NCBI GenBank assembly: GCA_018663865.1
Contig: JABJPM010000030.1
Coordinates: forward strand, 117 to 64,116
Direction: 5' to 3'
DNA length: 64,000 nt
Source of the DNA: Candidatus Woesearchaeota archaeon
Lineage (GTDB): Archaea > Nanobdellota > Nanobdellia > SCGC-AAA011-G17 > PNOQ01
Shown piece by piece: positions 18,778 through 28,904 of this stretch. Each line of letters begins with the position of its first letter. Position 1 is the first letter of the stretch. Made by a program: the position numbers and the translations under genes. The notes beneath the pieces are model-generated. The model searched no databases. It was given only the letters and a program-made list of their open reading frames with translations, and was not told the DNA's origin.

Positions 18778-19707
18778 TTAAAGTTTTTGGTGATGCTTTT
18801 TTATTATTGTGTAACTTATATCATCATCTCTTTGAGATTTTAAAATATCTTGTTTCATTATTTGGCAAATCTCTTCTGAAGATTTTTCTGTATTTTCGGA
18901 TAGTATTTTTTCTAGATTATTTTCTAAATATATTTCGTGATCATACAGTCCGTCTGAATAAAGTAATAATATGTCTCCAGGGGATATATCTATTTCATTG
19001 ATTTCATAAGGTGGTTTAATGATATCTGATTCGGACCCAGTTTCGTCTGCCCCGGAATAAGAAGATAATGCAAACCCAATTGGCAATGCCGAATTGTGAG
19101 TTTTTTTAAGTCTCAACATCGTGTCATATTGTGCCGAATACAATATTGGTTCATGGGTGTTTGCAGCAATATATCTGAAATTTCCGCTTTCTGAAATCTC
19201 CCCATATAATAATGCTAAACTTGATTTGAAATCATCTGTACTTTTGAATCTGGTATTTAAATTTTCGAATAATGCTACTGGAACTTCGCCCCTTATTGGA
19301 AGATGGTCTAAAATTCCATTCAATAAAGATTGGTGAAATGCTGCATTTATTATTAGTGCTTCATCATTGTGTCCTGCAACATCAGTCATTGCAATTCCTG
19401 CTTTTTTCTTATGTTCCAATATTTTATTGGACAGATTTGATCTATAATTATTAATTATTTCTGTTTTAATATCTTCAGAAATATTTTCTAATGCTGGTAA
19501 AATTATGTGGTCTTTTCCGCCTTCTAAAACATTCTCCGACCATTTATCTAAAGGGTATCTATCTTTGAATGAAATCCAGGTAATTCTATCTCCGCCTTCC
19601 TCTAATAGAGGGATTACAGTTCCGTAAATATCTAAGTTATCCAATTCTGGAAGTTTCCCTGTTTTTGGAGCAACTTTTCTCGATATTTCTAAAGACATTG
19701 ATATCAT
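18778..19707 (-). CDS. PP2C/SpoIIE-family Ser/Thr protein phosphatase
   Basis: 'AMTDVAGHNDEA' (DxxGHG-like) and 'LLLYSDGLYD' metal-binding motifs. Confidence 0.65.
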   Translation of the reverse strand: MISMSLEISRKVAPKTGKLPELDNLDIYGTVIPLLEEGGDRITWISFKDRYPLDKWSENVLEGGKDHIILPALENISEDIKTEIINNYRSNLSNKILEHKKKAGIAMTDVAGHNDEALIINAAFHQSLLNGILDHLPIRGEVPVALFENLNTRFKSTDDFKSSLALLYGEISESGNFRYIAANTHEPILYSAQYDTMLRLKKTHNSALPIGFALSSYSGADETGSESDIIKPPYEINEIDISPGDILLLYSDGLYDHEIYLENNLEKILSENTEKSSEEICQIMKQDILKSQRDDDISYTIIKKHHQKL

Positions 19708-19760
19708 TTTGATTGAGAATTAGTTATTGACTAGTTTATAAACCATTTGGTTTTGAGAAA

Positions 19761-19832
19761 GCCTTCGACGGGACTCGAACCCGCGGCCTGCTGGTTACAA
19801 ACCAGCTGCTCTACCAACTGAGCTACGAAGGC
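19761..19832 (-). tRNA. tRNA-Thr (anticodon TGT)
   Basis: Reverse complement GCCTTCGTAGCTCAGTTGGTAGAGC...anticodon loop TTTGTAA...GGTTCGAGTCCCGTCGAAGGC. Confidence 0.85.
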
Positions 19833-19869
19833 ATGGTTAAAGAAATACGATTTTAATTTAAAAGCTTTT

Positions 19870-20448
19870 TTATTTTACCCTGCTCAAATGTTTTATTTCA
19901 ATTTTGTTAATTGGGGTAATAACTTTAAGCTCATTTTTTAACATTTTTTGTAGATCATATTTCAAGATAGAATCCAATAATGTGTCGAATGTATGTTTTT
20001 TAACTTCTTTTTCTAATGCTAAAATTGCACTTGTTTTCAAAGTAGTGTGCGCGCCACCTTTTATTTTTCCTCTTGTAATTATAATTGGTTTTATTTTTAT
20101 TTTATTTTTATCTTTTGTTTCAAGAGTTAAAGATGCATCAATCTTACTTTTATTTTTCTTTGCCATTCGATTAACTTGAGTATTTAATAATTCATAAGAA
20201 ACAGGCTCAGTGAATCCTTGTTCATCTCTTATTTCTGTAATTTCGAATTTTAATCTCATATTTTGAGATCTAACTCTTGAGACTTTTGATAGATTTACTT
20301 TGACAACTTTCCCCATTAAATCTTGAGGTGTTACTACATAGCTTTGGCCTAATTCTGCGCCTCCAAAACTTTTTGGAGCAAAAATTGAAAACCACTTCTT
20401 TTTCTTCTTCTTATCTAATTTTTTTGATATTTTTCTTTTTGCAGCCAT
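19870..20448 (-). CDS. rps3ae: 30S ribosomal protein S3Ae (eS1)
   Basis: 'KKWFSIFAPKSFGGAELG...KFEITEI' is typical S3Ae. Confidence 0.85.
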   Translation of the reverse strand: MAAKRKISKKLDKKKKKKWFSIFAPKSFGGAELGQSYVVTPQDLMGKVVKVNLSKVSRVRSQNMRLKFEITEIRDEQGFTEPVSYELLNTQVNRMAKKNKSKIDASLTLETKDKNKIKIKPIIITRGKIKGGAHTTLKTSAILALEKEVKKHTFDTLLDSILKYDLQKMLKNELKVITPINKIEIKHLSRVK

Positions 20449-20449
20449 T

Positions 20450-20905
20450 TTATTCTACCAGTAGTTTAGCCTTAGACCTATCAAATTTCCAATCTTTTGG
20501 CATTCTATTTGTTTTTTTATAATACTTAACTAATCTATTAATTTTTGATTCTGTTAATTGAAATCCTCTTTTTGCAGTCATATCTTGTTTGTTATTATCT
20601 CTATGATTTGTAATTGTTATATGTTTTTTAATTAAATTTAATAAATCTTCAGGTAATTTTGTACCTAACTCATTTTCTTTAAGAATTTGACATATTTTCT
20701 TTTTGGTAATTGCTTTCACATCTGGAATTCCATATGAATCTCTTAATGTAATCCCAATTTGACTAGAATCTATATCTGTTTTTCCAAGTTTTATTACTAA
20801 TGCTTCTACTTCTTTCGCACTGTATGTGACCCATTTTTGTTTTTTTCTAATTTCAGGTCTAGTACTTCCAGATTTTCCCTTGTCTCTTGAATGCATTCTT
20901 GCCAT
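20450..20905 (-). CDS. rps15: 30S ribosomal protein S15 (uS15/S13e)
   Basis: 'MARMHSRDKGKSGSTRP...KWV' N-terminus and S15 C-terminal domain. Confidence 0.85.
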   Translation of the reverse strand: MARMHSRDKGKSGSTRPEIRKKQKWVTYSAKEVEALVIKLGKTDIDSSQIGITLRDSYGIPDVKAITKKKICQILKENELGTKLPEDLLNLIKKHITITNHRDNNKQDMTAKRGFQLTESKINRLVKYYKKTNRMPKDWKFDRSKAKLLVE

Positions 20906-21005
20906 TTTTTTATGTTATTGGTGAATTTTTACAGAAATAAAATTTATTCCTGGCATAAGTGAGCATTCACCAACTTATCCTAGGAAAAATGAGTTAATTC
21001 AGTCT

Positions 21006-21263
21006 TTATAAAGCTTTGTATACCTCATCGCCCTTTTCAACTTTATTGGAAATTTGAATCCCTACTGACTTCCCAGCTTCCACATATTCCACTTCTTTTT
21101 TATCAATTTGCATAGATTCTACTTCTTGTTTAAAATCTGTGTTGGGCCCCTTAAAACGGATGTTTTCTCCAATTTGGAGATGGTCATCAGTTATTTTTAT
21201 TGCAGCTACACCTATTTTTTCTAAATAGGTAAAAACTTTACCGATTTTTTTTTCTTCAATCAT
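21006..21263 (-). CDS. Small beta-barrel protein resembling EF-Tu domain 2
   Basis: 'IGKVF...IKITDDHLQIGENIRFKG....GDEVY' pattern. Confidence 0.3.
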   Translation of the reverse strand: MIEEKKIGKVFTYLEKIGVAAIKITDDHLQIGENIRFKGPNTDFKQEVESMQIDKKEVEYVEAGKSVGIQISNKVEKGDEVYKAL

Positions 21264-21345
21264 AGTATCATTTTCCTTAATTTTGAAATATTTAAAGATT
21301 GTGGAACAATAATTTTTTTAAAGGCTTCACCTATTTGTTAAATTA

Positions 21346-21558
21346 ATGAAATTAAATATTTTTAGATATGAGGGATATGTGGTTGTTGGAATTTTGTTAA
21401 CAGTATTCACCTTTGGCAAATTGATGGGATTATATGATATTAGCTCTGATTGGTTTTGGTTTTTGGCTGGTCTAGCTTTGGTATTTGAAGGTACGATTTC
21501 ATTAATTAAACAAAGAAGATTCGATAGGAAGTATAAAATTATTGAGCGCGAGTCCTAA
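21346..21558 (+). CDS. Small two-TM membrane protein
   Basis: Two hydrophobic segments; 70 aa. Confidence 0.3.
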   Translation: MKLNIFRYEGYVVVGILLTVFTFGKLMGLYDISSDWFWFLAGLALVFEGTISLIKQRRFDRKYKIIERES

Positions 21559-22174
21559 CTTTATTTGCAAATTCATCATAGGCATTTAGTTGTTTTTTAG
21601 TCATTCTTCTAAAATTTCCACGAAGAGTTATAGGCATGGTATTTAATATTCCAATATCATCATAGGTCGAATATCCCCTTTTACTTGCCAGTTTCCTTCT
21701 TATGTGCATGTAATTATAATGGTGTACATTTGCTGCTGCGGCTTTTATGTAATTCAAATGATCTATTGGCAATTTGTATTTTTTTATTTTTTTTAATGCC
21801 CTTCTTTCACAATCTAATTCTAAATCTCTACTTAAATCTGATGCTTTTTTTACTAAATCATCCGGATATTCTTTTCCATTCATCCAAGAATATAATACAT
21901 CTAATGAATCTATTTCATTATTCATCCAGGTGTCTGTGTATGCTGGACATTGTTCAATCCATTGATCCATGTGGGCGTGTTCATGAATTAGGATCGGAAT
22001 CCAAATCTCTTTTTCTTTATTTGTCGCAACAACAAGTTCTAGTGGTTCTTCCCCAAAATAGCCGTTTGCAGGAGATCCGTCTACATCAACATAAGTAGTA
22101 TTTCTTAGAATTAATTTAACATTGTGTTTTGATGTTTCTTCTTTGATATTTTCTAGATATTCTTCTAAATTCAA
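21539..22174 (-). CDS. Hypothetical HExxH-motif protein (putative metallohydrolase)
   Basis: 'ILIHEHAHMDQW' motif. Confidence 0.35.
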   Translation of the reverse strand: MNLEEYLENIKEETSKHNVKLILRNTTYVDVDGSPANGYFGEEPLELVVATNKEKEIWIPILIHEHAHMDQWIEQCPAYTDTWMNNEIDSLDVLYSWMNGKEYPDDLVKKASDLSRDLELDCERRALKKIKKYKLPIDHLNYIKAAAANVHHYNYMHIRRKLASKRGYSTYDDIGILNTMPITLRGNFRRMTKKQLNAYDEFANKVRTRAQ

Positions 22175-22215
22175 GTTATTAATTTATGTTTAATATATTT
22201 TATAAGAATTTAGAT

Positions 22216-22288
22216 AGTCCCGCCAGGATTTGAACCTGGGTCACTTGGACCAAAACCAAGTATGCTGGGCCTCTACACTACGGGACTT
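22216..22288 (-). tRNA. tRNA-Gln (anticodon TTG)
   Basis: Reverse complement AGTCCCGTAGTGTAGAGG...anticodon loop TTTTGGT...GGTTCAAATCCTGGCGGGACT; A1:U72 as in archaeal tRNA-Gln. Confidence 0.8.
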
Positions 22289-22396
22289 TCTATTTTAGTT
22301 TGTAAATATGTTGCTTTTAAAGTTTGTGTTTTAGTTAAAGTTTAGGAAAGGTTTTTAAGTTCAATATTTTTCTCTTTTATTATTGAGGGGATTATT

Positions 22397-23440
22397 GTGG
22401 GAAAACAATTTAAAACATTATATATTGTAAAAAAAAGAGATTTAGAAGATTCTCTTTCTGTCGAGGTGAATAATTTATATGCTGCCCATCATCGTGGACA
22501 TGATGTTCATGTGGTATATCCAAAAGATTTATTTGTAAAACACAATGAATTATATGCCATTACACGGCAACCAAATGCTGCCAAATTGTCTAGCATCGAA
22601 TCCTTTGTAGAGTATTTAAAAAATCCTCAATTTATGTTGGATAATAGAGTCCCAGTTAGAGATTTCGATATAATTTTTTCAAGAACTGTGCCAAAGACCC
22701 GGGAGGAATCTTTAAGTGATAATGCTGTGATAAATTATCTTCAATGTATGAAAACTTTATACCCCGGAATTGCATTTATTAATGATCCCGATGCGATTTC
22801 CAAGGCAGGTTCAAAGATATATGATTCGTTGGTACTTGGAGATACTTTGCCAGATACACATATTACAAAAGATGAGGTTCGAATAAAAGAGATTTTAAAA
22901 AAAGGTGATGAATGGATTGCTAAACCTGTTCATGGTTTGGGCGGTACAGATATTATAGGGATTAATAAAGATTATAAGAAAAATTTAGGTGCATTGATTC
23001 AATTATTGTTGAGAGATTTGTATTCTTCAACTGACGAACCTAGGCCATTTATTTTACAAGACAAATTGGAAGGACTTGAAAGGAGATTAGTACTTTTAAA
23101 TGGATCAGAGATAGTTGGATCATATGGAAAAATTTTAAGTGAGGATGATATTCGTGGCAATTCTGAGATGGGTGCAACCTATACTGATTATGATCCTACT
23201 GAAATCGATTTAAAACTGGTTTCAAAAATTGCACCAATTTTACAAAAAGATGGATTGTATTTAACTGCTGTTGATATTATTGGTCCAGAAAATAAAGCTA
23301 ATTTGAAGAATACAAAAATTTTAGAATTGAATGCGCGTTGCCCACAATGGAGCAAAGGAATAAAAGATTGGTCAAAAATTGGGGAGATCAGTGATAAAAT
23401 TATTCAATTCGCGGAGGATCTTCATGCAGAAAAAAATTAA
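22397..23440 (+). CDS. ATP-grasp ligase, RimK/glutathione-synthetase-like (copy 1; GTG start)
   Basis: 'IAKPVHGLGGTDII' phosphate-binding loop and 'ILELNARCP' C-terminal ATP-grasp motif. Confidence 0.65.
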   Translation: MGKQFKTLYIVKKRDLEDSLSVEVNNLYAAHHRGHDVHVVYPKDLFVKHNELYAITRQPNAAKLSSIESFVEYLKNPQFMLDNRVPVRDFDIIFSRTVPKTREESLSDNAVINYLQCMKTLYPGIAFINDPDAISKAGSKIYDSLVLGDTLPDTHITKDEVRIKEILKKGDEWIAKPVHGLGGTDIIGINKDYKKNLGALIQLLLRDLYSSTDEPRPFILQDKLEGLERRLVLLNGSEIVGSYGKILSEDDIRGNSEMGATYTDYDPTEIDLKLVSKIAPILQKDGLYLTAVDIIGPENKANLKNTKILELNARCPQWSKGIKDWSKIGEISDKIIQFAEDLHAEKN

Positions 23441-24410
23441 GGTTGGATTCATGTATTCTGAAAATGATGGAATTTCACCTCATGATTCTTTGGTTACTGG
23501 TTGGCCTACGGGAATAACCTATGCTTCTATTATTGAGGGAATTATGTCTGAAGGCGGGATGCCCTATAATTTAAAATGGGATGATGTTGGGGATAATCTT
23601 AAAGTTTCTAGAATGCACAATTTATCTAATCCAGAAATTATTCGTAATGCATCAATTGATTATTTAGACGTTTTATGTTTTATGGGGTTTGGAAATGTTT
23701 TGGAAGTACGAGAAAATGATAAAGATCTTTGCAAGGTTATTCGTAATTTAGAAGAAAGCGGAATTGTTCCAACTATTAATCCATCAAAAACTGTGCTCAA
23801 TGCTAGAGAAGGCAAAAAAAGATATCTTGTTGATTTATTTGAGAATGGAATTTCTGTTCCAGATACATATATTGTTGATTCTCTTTCAGGTGTAGAAGAT
23901 ATTTCTTCTGAATTGGTTGATAAATATGGGGGATATGTTACTAAACCTCTTAACGGGTTTGGAGGATTTGGAGTTGAAAAATTTCCTGGAGGTGATTTGG
24001 AAAGTGTGAAGGATATTCTTTCCAAAGATGGAGAGATTATTGTACAAGGTTATGTCAATAATATTCAGGAAACTGGGGAAAGATCTGTTTTCATATTTGG
24101 GGATGATATCAAGTATACAGTTCTTAAAAAATCTTCAGGATTCAAAACAAATGTCACTGGAAATATTTCTGGAGTTAGTCGATCGCTTGTTGACTGTACT
24201 TCTGCTGAGAGAAAATTGGCTTATGAAGCCAAGGAATTAATTGCACCTGAAGCATTAATCGCACGTGCAGATTTGATTGGAGATCGGGATAATCCATATG
24301 TGGGAGAATTAACATTATCCTCCATTGGACTACATACTGCGGTTTTTGGAAATGGAAGAAATTTATCAGTTGAAGGATATATTAAATTGATTGAAAATTT
24401 GGTAAGATAA
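23424..24410 (+). CDS. ATP-grasp ligase, RimK-like (copy 2; start trimmed to internal Met)
   Basis: 'VTKPLNGFGGFGVEKF' loop, 'IVQGYV', C-terminal ATP-grasp region. Confidence 0.6.
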   Translation: MQKKIKVGFMYSENDGISPHDSLVTGWPTGITYASIIEGIMSEGGMPYNLKWDDVGDNLKVSRMHNLSNPEIIRNASIDYLDVLCFMGFGNVLEVRENDKDLCKVIRNLEESGIVPTINPSKTVLNAREGKKRYLVDLFENGISVPDTYIVDSLSGVEDISSELVDKYGGYVTKPLNGFGGFGVEKFPGGDLESVKDILSKDGEIIVQGYVNNIQETGERSVFIFGDDIKYTVLKKSSGFKTNVTGNISGVSRSLVDCTSAERKLAYEAKELIAPEALIARADLIGDRDNPYVGELTLSSIGLHTAVFGNGRNLSVEGYIKLIENLVR

Positions 24411-24413
24411 ACA

Positions 24414-25226
24414 ATGTTCTATAATACTATTACTGGGGATGTGGAGGATTCTAATAATTCATTTTCATTTGAAAGTGTTCCAGATTCCAAAGTTTTGATT
24501 GTTGCCCCGCATGGCGGGGAGTATGTGCCTCCGTGCGCTTTCCCCTTTTTAGATTATACTCATCAATTATTTCCTTTGGAAATCGATCAAGCCTCTAATG
24601 AAATTTATAGGGCGAATGGTTATTCTTTTGCAGGAACGTCCATCCATCGCCATGTTATTAATCTGAATAAACGAAAATATAAATTGGAGGAATTCAATGT
24701 TTTTCGAGATGTGGGATTTGATGGTTCACCATTATATTTGGAAGATATGCCAGATTCTATTTCAGAAAGATTGGTCAATCTTTATTATAATCCTTTTTTG
24801 AATTTTGTTAAGAGCGAATTATTCCGAATTCGTGAGAGATTTGATGATGCCTTTTTATTGAATGCCCACACAATGGAATCAAAAATTCCAGAAGTAAATA
24901 AATTTTTGGAACATCGTAAACGCCCAGATTTTTGTTTGGGAACAAATAATATGCATTCAATTGATTATAATTTATTAACTGAATTTCATAGCTCTCTTGA
25001 ATCTCACGCAAGAGATTATTTCGGATCTGATGTGAGTATTGCTATTGATCGCCCATTTGTTGGTCGCGTGGGTTTAACTAGATCATTTGGATGTCCGAAC
25101 GAGAATTTAAACGCTTTATTATTGGAAATTAATCAGGGACTTTATTTTTCAGAAAATGGATCCGATTCAGAAGTTGTTTCTGCATTGAATTCTATTGTTC
25201 AGAATACATTGGATGATATTTTTTAA
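24414..25226 (+). CDS. N-formylglutamate amidohydrolase (FGase)/M14-like zinc hydrolase family protein
   Basis: N-terminal 'VLIVAPHGGEYVPP' resembles FGase family 'PHsG..vP'; 270 aa. Confidence 0.5.
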   Translation: MFYNTITGDVEDSNNSFSFESVPDSKVLIVAPHGGEYVPPCAFPFLDYTHQLFPLEIDQASNEIYRANGYSFAGTSIHRHVINLNKRKYKLEEFNVFRDVGFDGSPLYLEDMPDSISERLVNLYYNPFLNFVKSELFRIRERFDDAFLLNAHTMESKIPEVNKFLEHRKRPDFCLGTNNMHSIDYNLLTEFHSSLESHARDYFGSDVSIAIDRPFVGRVGLTRSFGCPNENLNALLLEINQGLYFSENGSDSEVVSALNSIVQNTLDDIF

Positions 25227-25831
25227 TTTTTTCTTTTATATCTTCCACGTTTGTTAACTTTCTCTAATCTTTGAATGGTTTCTTTATAATTAATTGATTT
25301 TTTGTAACCTTTTAGTGTGTTTTTTATTAATTCTTCGTCGTGTTTATAATGTTTTGATTCAAAAGCTTGTTGTAATAATTTTAAATCTGTTGCTTTGTCT
25401 TCTAATTTATGTGAAATTTTTCCTAATCCAAAATCTATGAAATAAACTTTATTATCTTTTAGAATCATATTAGAAGTTGTTAAATCTCCATGAATTATAT
25501 CATTATCATGCATTAATGCAATTTGTTCTCCAATTAATTTTGCTACTTTTTCTCTTTTATTTTTATTGTATGTACCTAATGTTGTTTTTAATAAATCTCC
25601 TTTTAGATATTCCATCACTATTTTAGAATTATTTTCTTCAACTTTTATTGGATTTGGAACATTAATTAGATCTTTAGCTTTTGTTAGAAGTTTGAATTCT
25701 CTTCTTGTTGGATATTTTGTTTTATTTTTATCAATTACTTTATGCCTGTAACCCTTTGTTATTCTTTCTTTAATTAAATTATTATCTTCTTTATAGAGAA
25801 TTGCTTCTGCACCTTTATGAAGGATTTTCAT
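25223..25831 (-). CDS. bud32: KEOPS-complex Bud32/PRPK small protein kinase
   Basis: 'IVMEYLKGDLL', 'IIHGDLTTSNMIL', 'YFIDFGLG', 'EDKATDLKLL' match Bud32. Confidence 0.85.
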   Translation of the reverse strand: MKILHKGAEAILYKEDNNLIKERITKGYRHKVIDKNKTKYPTRREFKLLTKAKDLINVPNPIKVEENNSKIVMEYLKGDLLKTTLGTYNKNKREKVAKLIGEQIALMHDNDIIHGDLTTSNMILKDNKVYFIDFGLGKISHKLEDKATDLKLLQQAFESKHYKHDEELIKNTLKGYKKSINYKETIQRLEKVNKRGRYKRKN

Positions 25832-26095
25832 CTTTTATTTTTTCTTCTAATCCTAAATTTTTTAACCAATACGGATCAAGATTCTTTTTTGAGAATTTAA
25901 TAACGCATTGATCCATATTTTCAAAAGGCATTACATATTGGTTTGGATCATACCCTGGCCTGGTTTCTAATATTATTTTTGGTTCTGTATATTCCATTCT
26001 ATTTTATAAGGAAATTCAATTATTTATAAATATATTGTAGGAAAAGTATTTATATCACCAATTCTAGAATTTAGTATTAAAAAGGAGGCAAATAA

Positions 26096-26281
26096 ATGAA
26101 AGACGTAAATATATCATGGTGGGAGATGGGTTTAGTTAAACTGTCTGTTATCGCATTTGCATTTTTTGTAATACAAATTTGGCCTGCAGCAATGAATTGG
26201 GTACATGGTGTTAACGCATGGTGGTTCTTTGTACTGTTTGTTGTTTTTGCAATTAAGCCAATGATAACCTATTACAAATAG
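26096..26281 (+). CDS. Small two-TM membrane protein (61 aa)
   Basis: Preceded by AAAGGAGG Shine-Dalgarno; Trp-rich hydrophobic segments. Confidence 0.4.
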   Translation: MKDVNISWWEMGLVKLSVIAFAFFVIQIWPAAMNWVHGVNAWWFFVLFVVFAIKPMITYYK

Positions 26282-26283
26282 AA

Positions 26284-27624
26284 TTACATTCCCGGGATTT
26301 TTCCCTTGAATTTTTTCATCATTTTAGATGGATCGCCCTTCATCATTTTTGACATTTTTTTAGTTTGGCGATATTGTTTTAGCAATTCTCTTACTTCTCC
26401 AGTTTTGGATCCCGAACCTTTTGCTATTCTATCTAATCTTGATCTTGTTAATATCTCTGGATTTTCTAATTCTTCTTTTGTCATGGATTGCATTATTATT
26501 TTCCATTTTTCTAATTTTCCTTCTTGAACTTTTAATGCATCTTTTGGAAGTTTTATTTGTCCCATTCCTGGAACCATTTCCATTAATTTTGATAATGAGC
26601 CCATTTTATTCATTGCAGCCATTTGTTCATACATGTCTAGGAAATTGAATTCTCCTTTTAGAAATCTTTTTCCCAAATCTTGTGCTTGTTCTTCTGTCAT
26701 AGCTTCTTTGGTTTTTTCTAATAAAGCTTTTAGGTCGCCCATTCCTAATAATCTTCCAACAAAACCTTCTGGATTGAATTCTTCTAAATCGTTATTTGTT
26801 TCTCCAGTTCCTATAAATTTAATTGGTGCATTAGTTGTTGCTGCAGCAGAAAGTGCACCTCCGGCTTTTGCAGTTCCATCCATTTTGGTTGCGATAATTC
26901 CCGTGATGTTACATGATTCGTGGAATTTGTTTGCTTGTGTTTCAGCTGTTTGTCCTAAGTCTGCAGAAATAATTAATAATTTTTCATCTGGATTAATATG
27001 TTTATTTAAAGAAGTTATTTCTTCTACTAAATCTTCTGATAAAGCATCTCTTCCTGCAGTATCTATTAATACTATGTCATATTGTGTAAGTTTATCTTTT
27101 ACTTTGTCGTAAATCTTTTTTGGATCTTTTTCTTTTTCATCTGTGAATGTTTGAGTTGATGTTATTTTACCAATTTGTTCAAGTTGTTTCATTGCAGCAG
27201 GTCTATGAACATCTAATCCTAAAAGTGCTACCTTGTAACCTCTTTTACTATAGTAAGTTGCTAATTTTCCTGTTGTTGTAGTTTTACCGTTTCCGAAAAG
27301 TCCAACAAGCATTATTTTGAATGGTCTTTTTTTTGTTATGTTTATTTTTTTAAGTTCTCCACCTAGGAAGACTGTTAATTCTTCGTAAACTATATTTACT
27401 AAGAAATCTCTAGGATTTACTCCCTTCGGAGGTTCTTTGTTTATTGCTTTTTCTTTAATATTTTTGGATAAATTTAATACTAATTTAACATTAACATCTG
27501 CACTCAATAAAGCTCTTTGAATATCTTTTACTAGTTCGTTGATTAAAGCTTCATTTATTATTGGAGCTCCAGCTATCTTTTTGAGCACATTCTTTAAATT
27601 GTTGCTTAGTTTTTCCATTACCAT
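26284..27624 (-). CDS. srp54: Signal recognition particle protein SRP54
   Basis: 'LVGLFGNGKTTTTGKLA', 'DTAGR', Met-rich M domain. Confidence 0.95.
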   Translation of the reverse strand: MVMEKLSNNLKNVLKKIAGAPIINEALINELVKDIQRALLSADVNVKLVLNLSKNIKEKAINKEPPKGVNPRDFLVNIVYEELTVFLGGELKKINITKKRPFKIMLVGLFGNGKTTTTGKLATYYSKRGYKVALLGLDVHRPAAMKQLEQIGKITSTQTFTDEKEKDPKKIYDKVKDKLTQYDIVLIDTAGRDALSEDLVEEITSLNKHINPDEKLLIISADLGQTAETQANKFHESCNITGIIATKMDGTAKAGGALSAAATTNAPIKFIGTGETNNDLEEFNPEGFVGRLLGMGDLKALLEKTKEAMTEEQAQDLGKRFLKGEFNFLDMYEQMAAMNKMGSLSKLMEMVPGMGQIKLPKDALKVQEGKLEKWKIIMQSMTKEELENPEILTRSRLDRIAKGSGSKTGEVRELLKQYRQTKKMSKMMKGDPSKMMKKFKGKIPGM

Positions 27625-27755
27625 TAGAAATCATTGTTATTTGATTGTTTTTAAAGTTTGTTAGTTTAATTAGATTTAAATAGTTAGTTAGACTGTTATT
27701 ACTTATAAGTTGCTAAATTAGGAAGATTTATAAATACTCCTTATTTCTTATTTTA

Positions 27756-28160
27756 ATGAGAATGGCAACAGATTCAAATTTAGTTTCACGTTTAGTGCAA
27801 GACTCTTTTGGAAAAACTTGGAAATCAAATGTTAATATTGATTTTTTAAGTGTTGGAGAACCTGGATGGGTAGTCTCTGAAACTGAAAAATTAAATAGAA
27901 TAGTAAATATGAATTTTTGGAATCGTATAAAGGCAGCTGGTTATTTTGGATGGGGCTCTCCCGAAGTTGCAGGAAAGTTTTTTGAACAAGATGGATCTAA
28001 ACTACAAGTTGCTGAAAAATATAGAAAAAAGGCATTGGACTACACAGATACATACAAAAAAGAAACAGGTAATTATCCTTCTATTGTTCTAGTTGATATG
28101 ATAAGACCAGATAACGGAGAGCATTTACAGAAATTCCGTGAGACTTTAGTTTTTGAGTAA
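27756..28160 (+). CDS. Hypothetical protein (134 aa)
   Basis: ORF; upstream carries the shared promoter-like repeat TTTAATTAGATTTAAATAGTTAG. Confidence 0.4.
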   Translation: MRMATDSNLVSRLVQDSFGKTWKSNVNIDFLSVGEPGWVVSETEKLNRIVNMNFWNRIKAAGYFGWGSPEVAGKFFEQDGSKLQVAEKYRKKALDYTDTYKKETGNYPSIVLVDMIRPDNGEHLQKFRETLVFE

Positions 28161-28177
28161 AAAATTTCTTTTTGTCA

Positions 28178-28262
28178 ATCTTACATTAATTCAAGTTGTT
28201 TTACAACTGAACACCATTTTCTATGAAAATGATTGTTTGTTAGACAGAGAATTAGATATTTA
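28178..28262. repeat. About 80-nt direct repeat copy 1 with internal hairpin (GTTGTtttACAAC)
   Basis: Near-identical to 28722-28805; the copies flank the membrane-protein ORF at 28260-28646. Confidence 0.8.
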
Positions 28263-28646
28263 TATCTTTAACCAAGGAAGAGTTTTATATTTTTTTGGAT
28301 TTAATTTATTTAGCATACCATAAGATAATAAAATAATAACAATACTCCAAAGCCCTTCGTAAGATAGTATGTAACTTGGGTTATTTAAAGAAATACTCCA
28401 AAGTATTAAAACTATAACATTCATAATAATAAAAAAGAGATAAACCCACTTCATTTTTTTGTATAAAGAATAAATGACAAAAGAACCAAGAACAAGGTCC
28501 AATGCTATAAGAAGTGCTGTTAGATTTCCAGAATTATATCTAACCAATATATTTGAAATTATTCCAATAACTATGAGTGCCAGTAAGATGTAATTAATTA
28601 TGTAATTATTTTTCTTAGTTTCCTTTTCACTCCTCTTTTTTCGCAT
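28260..28646 (-). CDS. Four-TM membrane protein (128 aa)
   Basis: Hydrophobic helices throughout. Confidence 0.45.
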   Translation of the reverse strand: MRKKRSEKETKKNNYIINYILLALIVIGIISNILVRYNSGNLTALLIALDLVLGSFVIYSLYKKMKWVYLFFIIMNVIVLILWSISLNNPSYILSYEGLWSIVIILLSYGMLNKLNPKKYKTLPWLKI

Positions 28647-28721
28647 ATAAATTTATTAAATAATATATTATATAAATTTAACCCATATAAATCATTCTTT
28701 ACGATTGTGTTTTCCAGAAAC

Positions 28722-28805
28722 TGTCAACATTACATTAGTTCAAGTTGTTTTACAACTGAACACCATTTTCTATGAAAATGATTGTTCGTTAGATAAAGAA
28801 TTATT
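28722..28805. repeat. About 80-nt direct repeat copy 2
   Basis: Matches 28178-28262 at about 90% identity. Confidence 0.8.
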
Positions 28806-28904
28806 TATTTAATACATGTTTGTTTCAATTGATTTCTGGCGTCTAATACATAACTATTACTGGAAAGAAATATGTCAATAGAAAGAAAAGAAGAATAATT
28901 TTTT

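Noticed and set aside
25815-25997. 60-aa minus-strand ORF overlapping the bud32 start
   Set aside because: No motif, overlaps bud32 by 17 nt; could be a small KEOPS partner but there is no support. Left unannotated.
28178-28805. CRISPR array
   Set aside because: Only two about 80-nt repeat copies about 545 bp apart with a gene between them. There are no short regularly spaced repeats or spacers.
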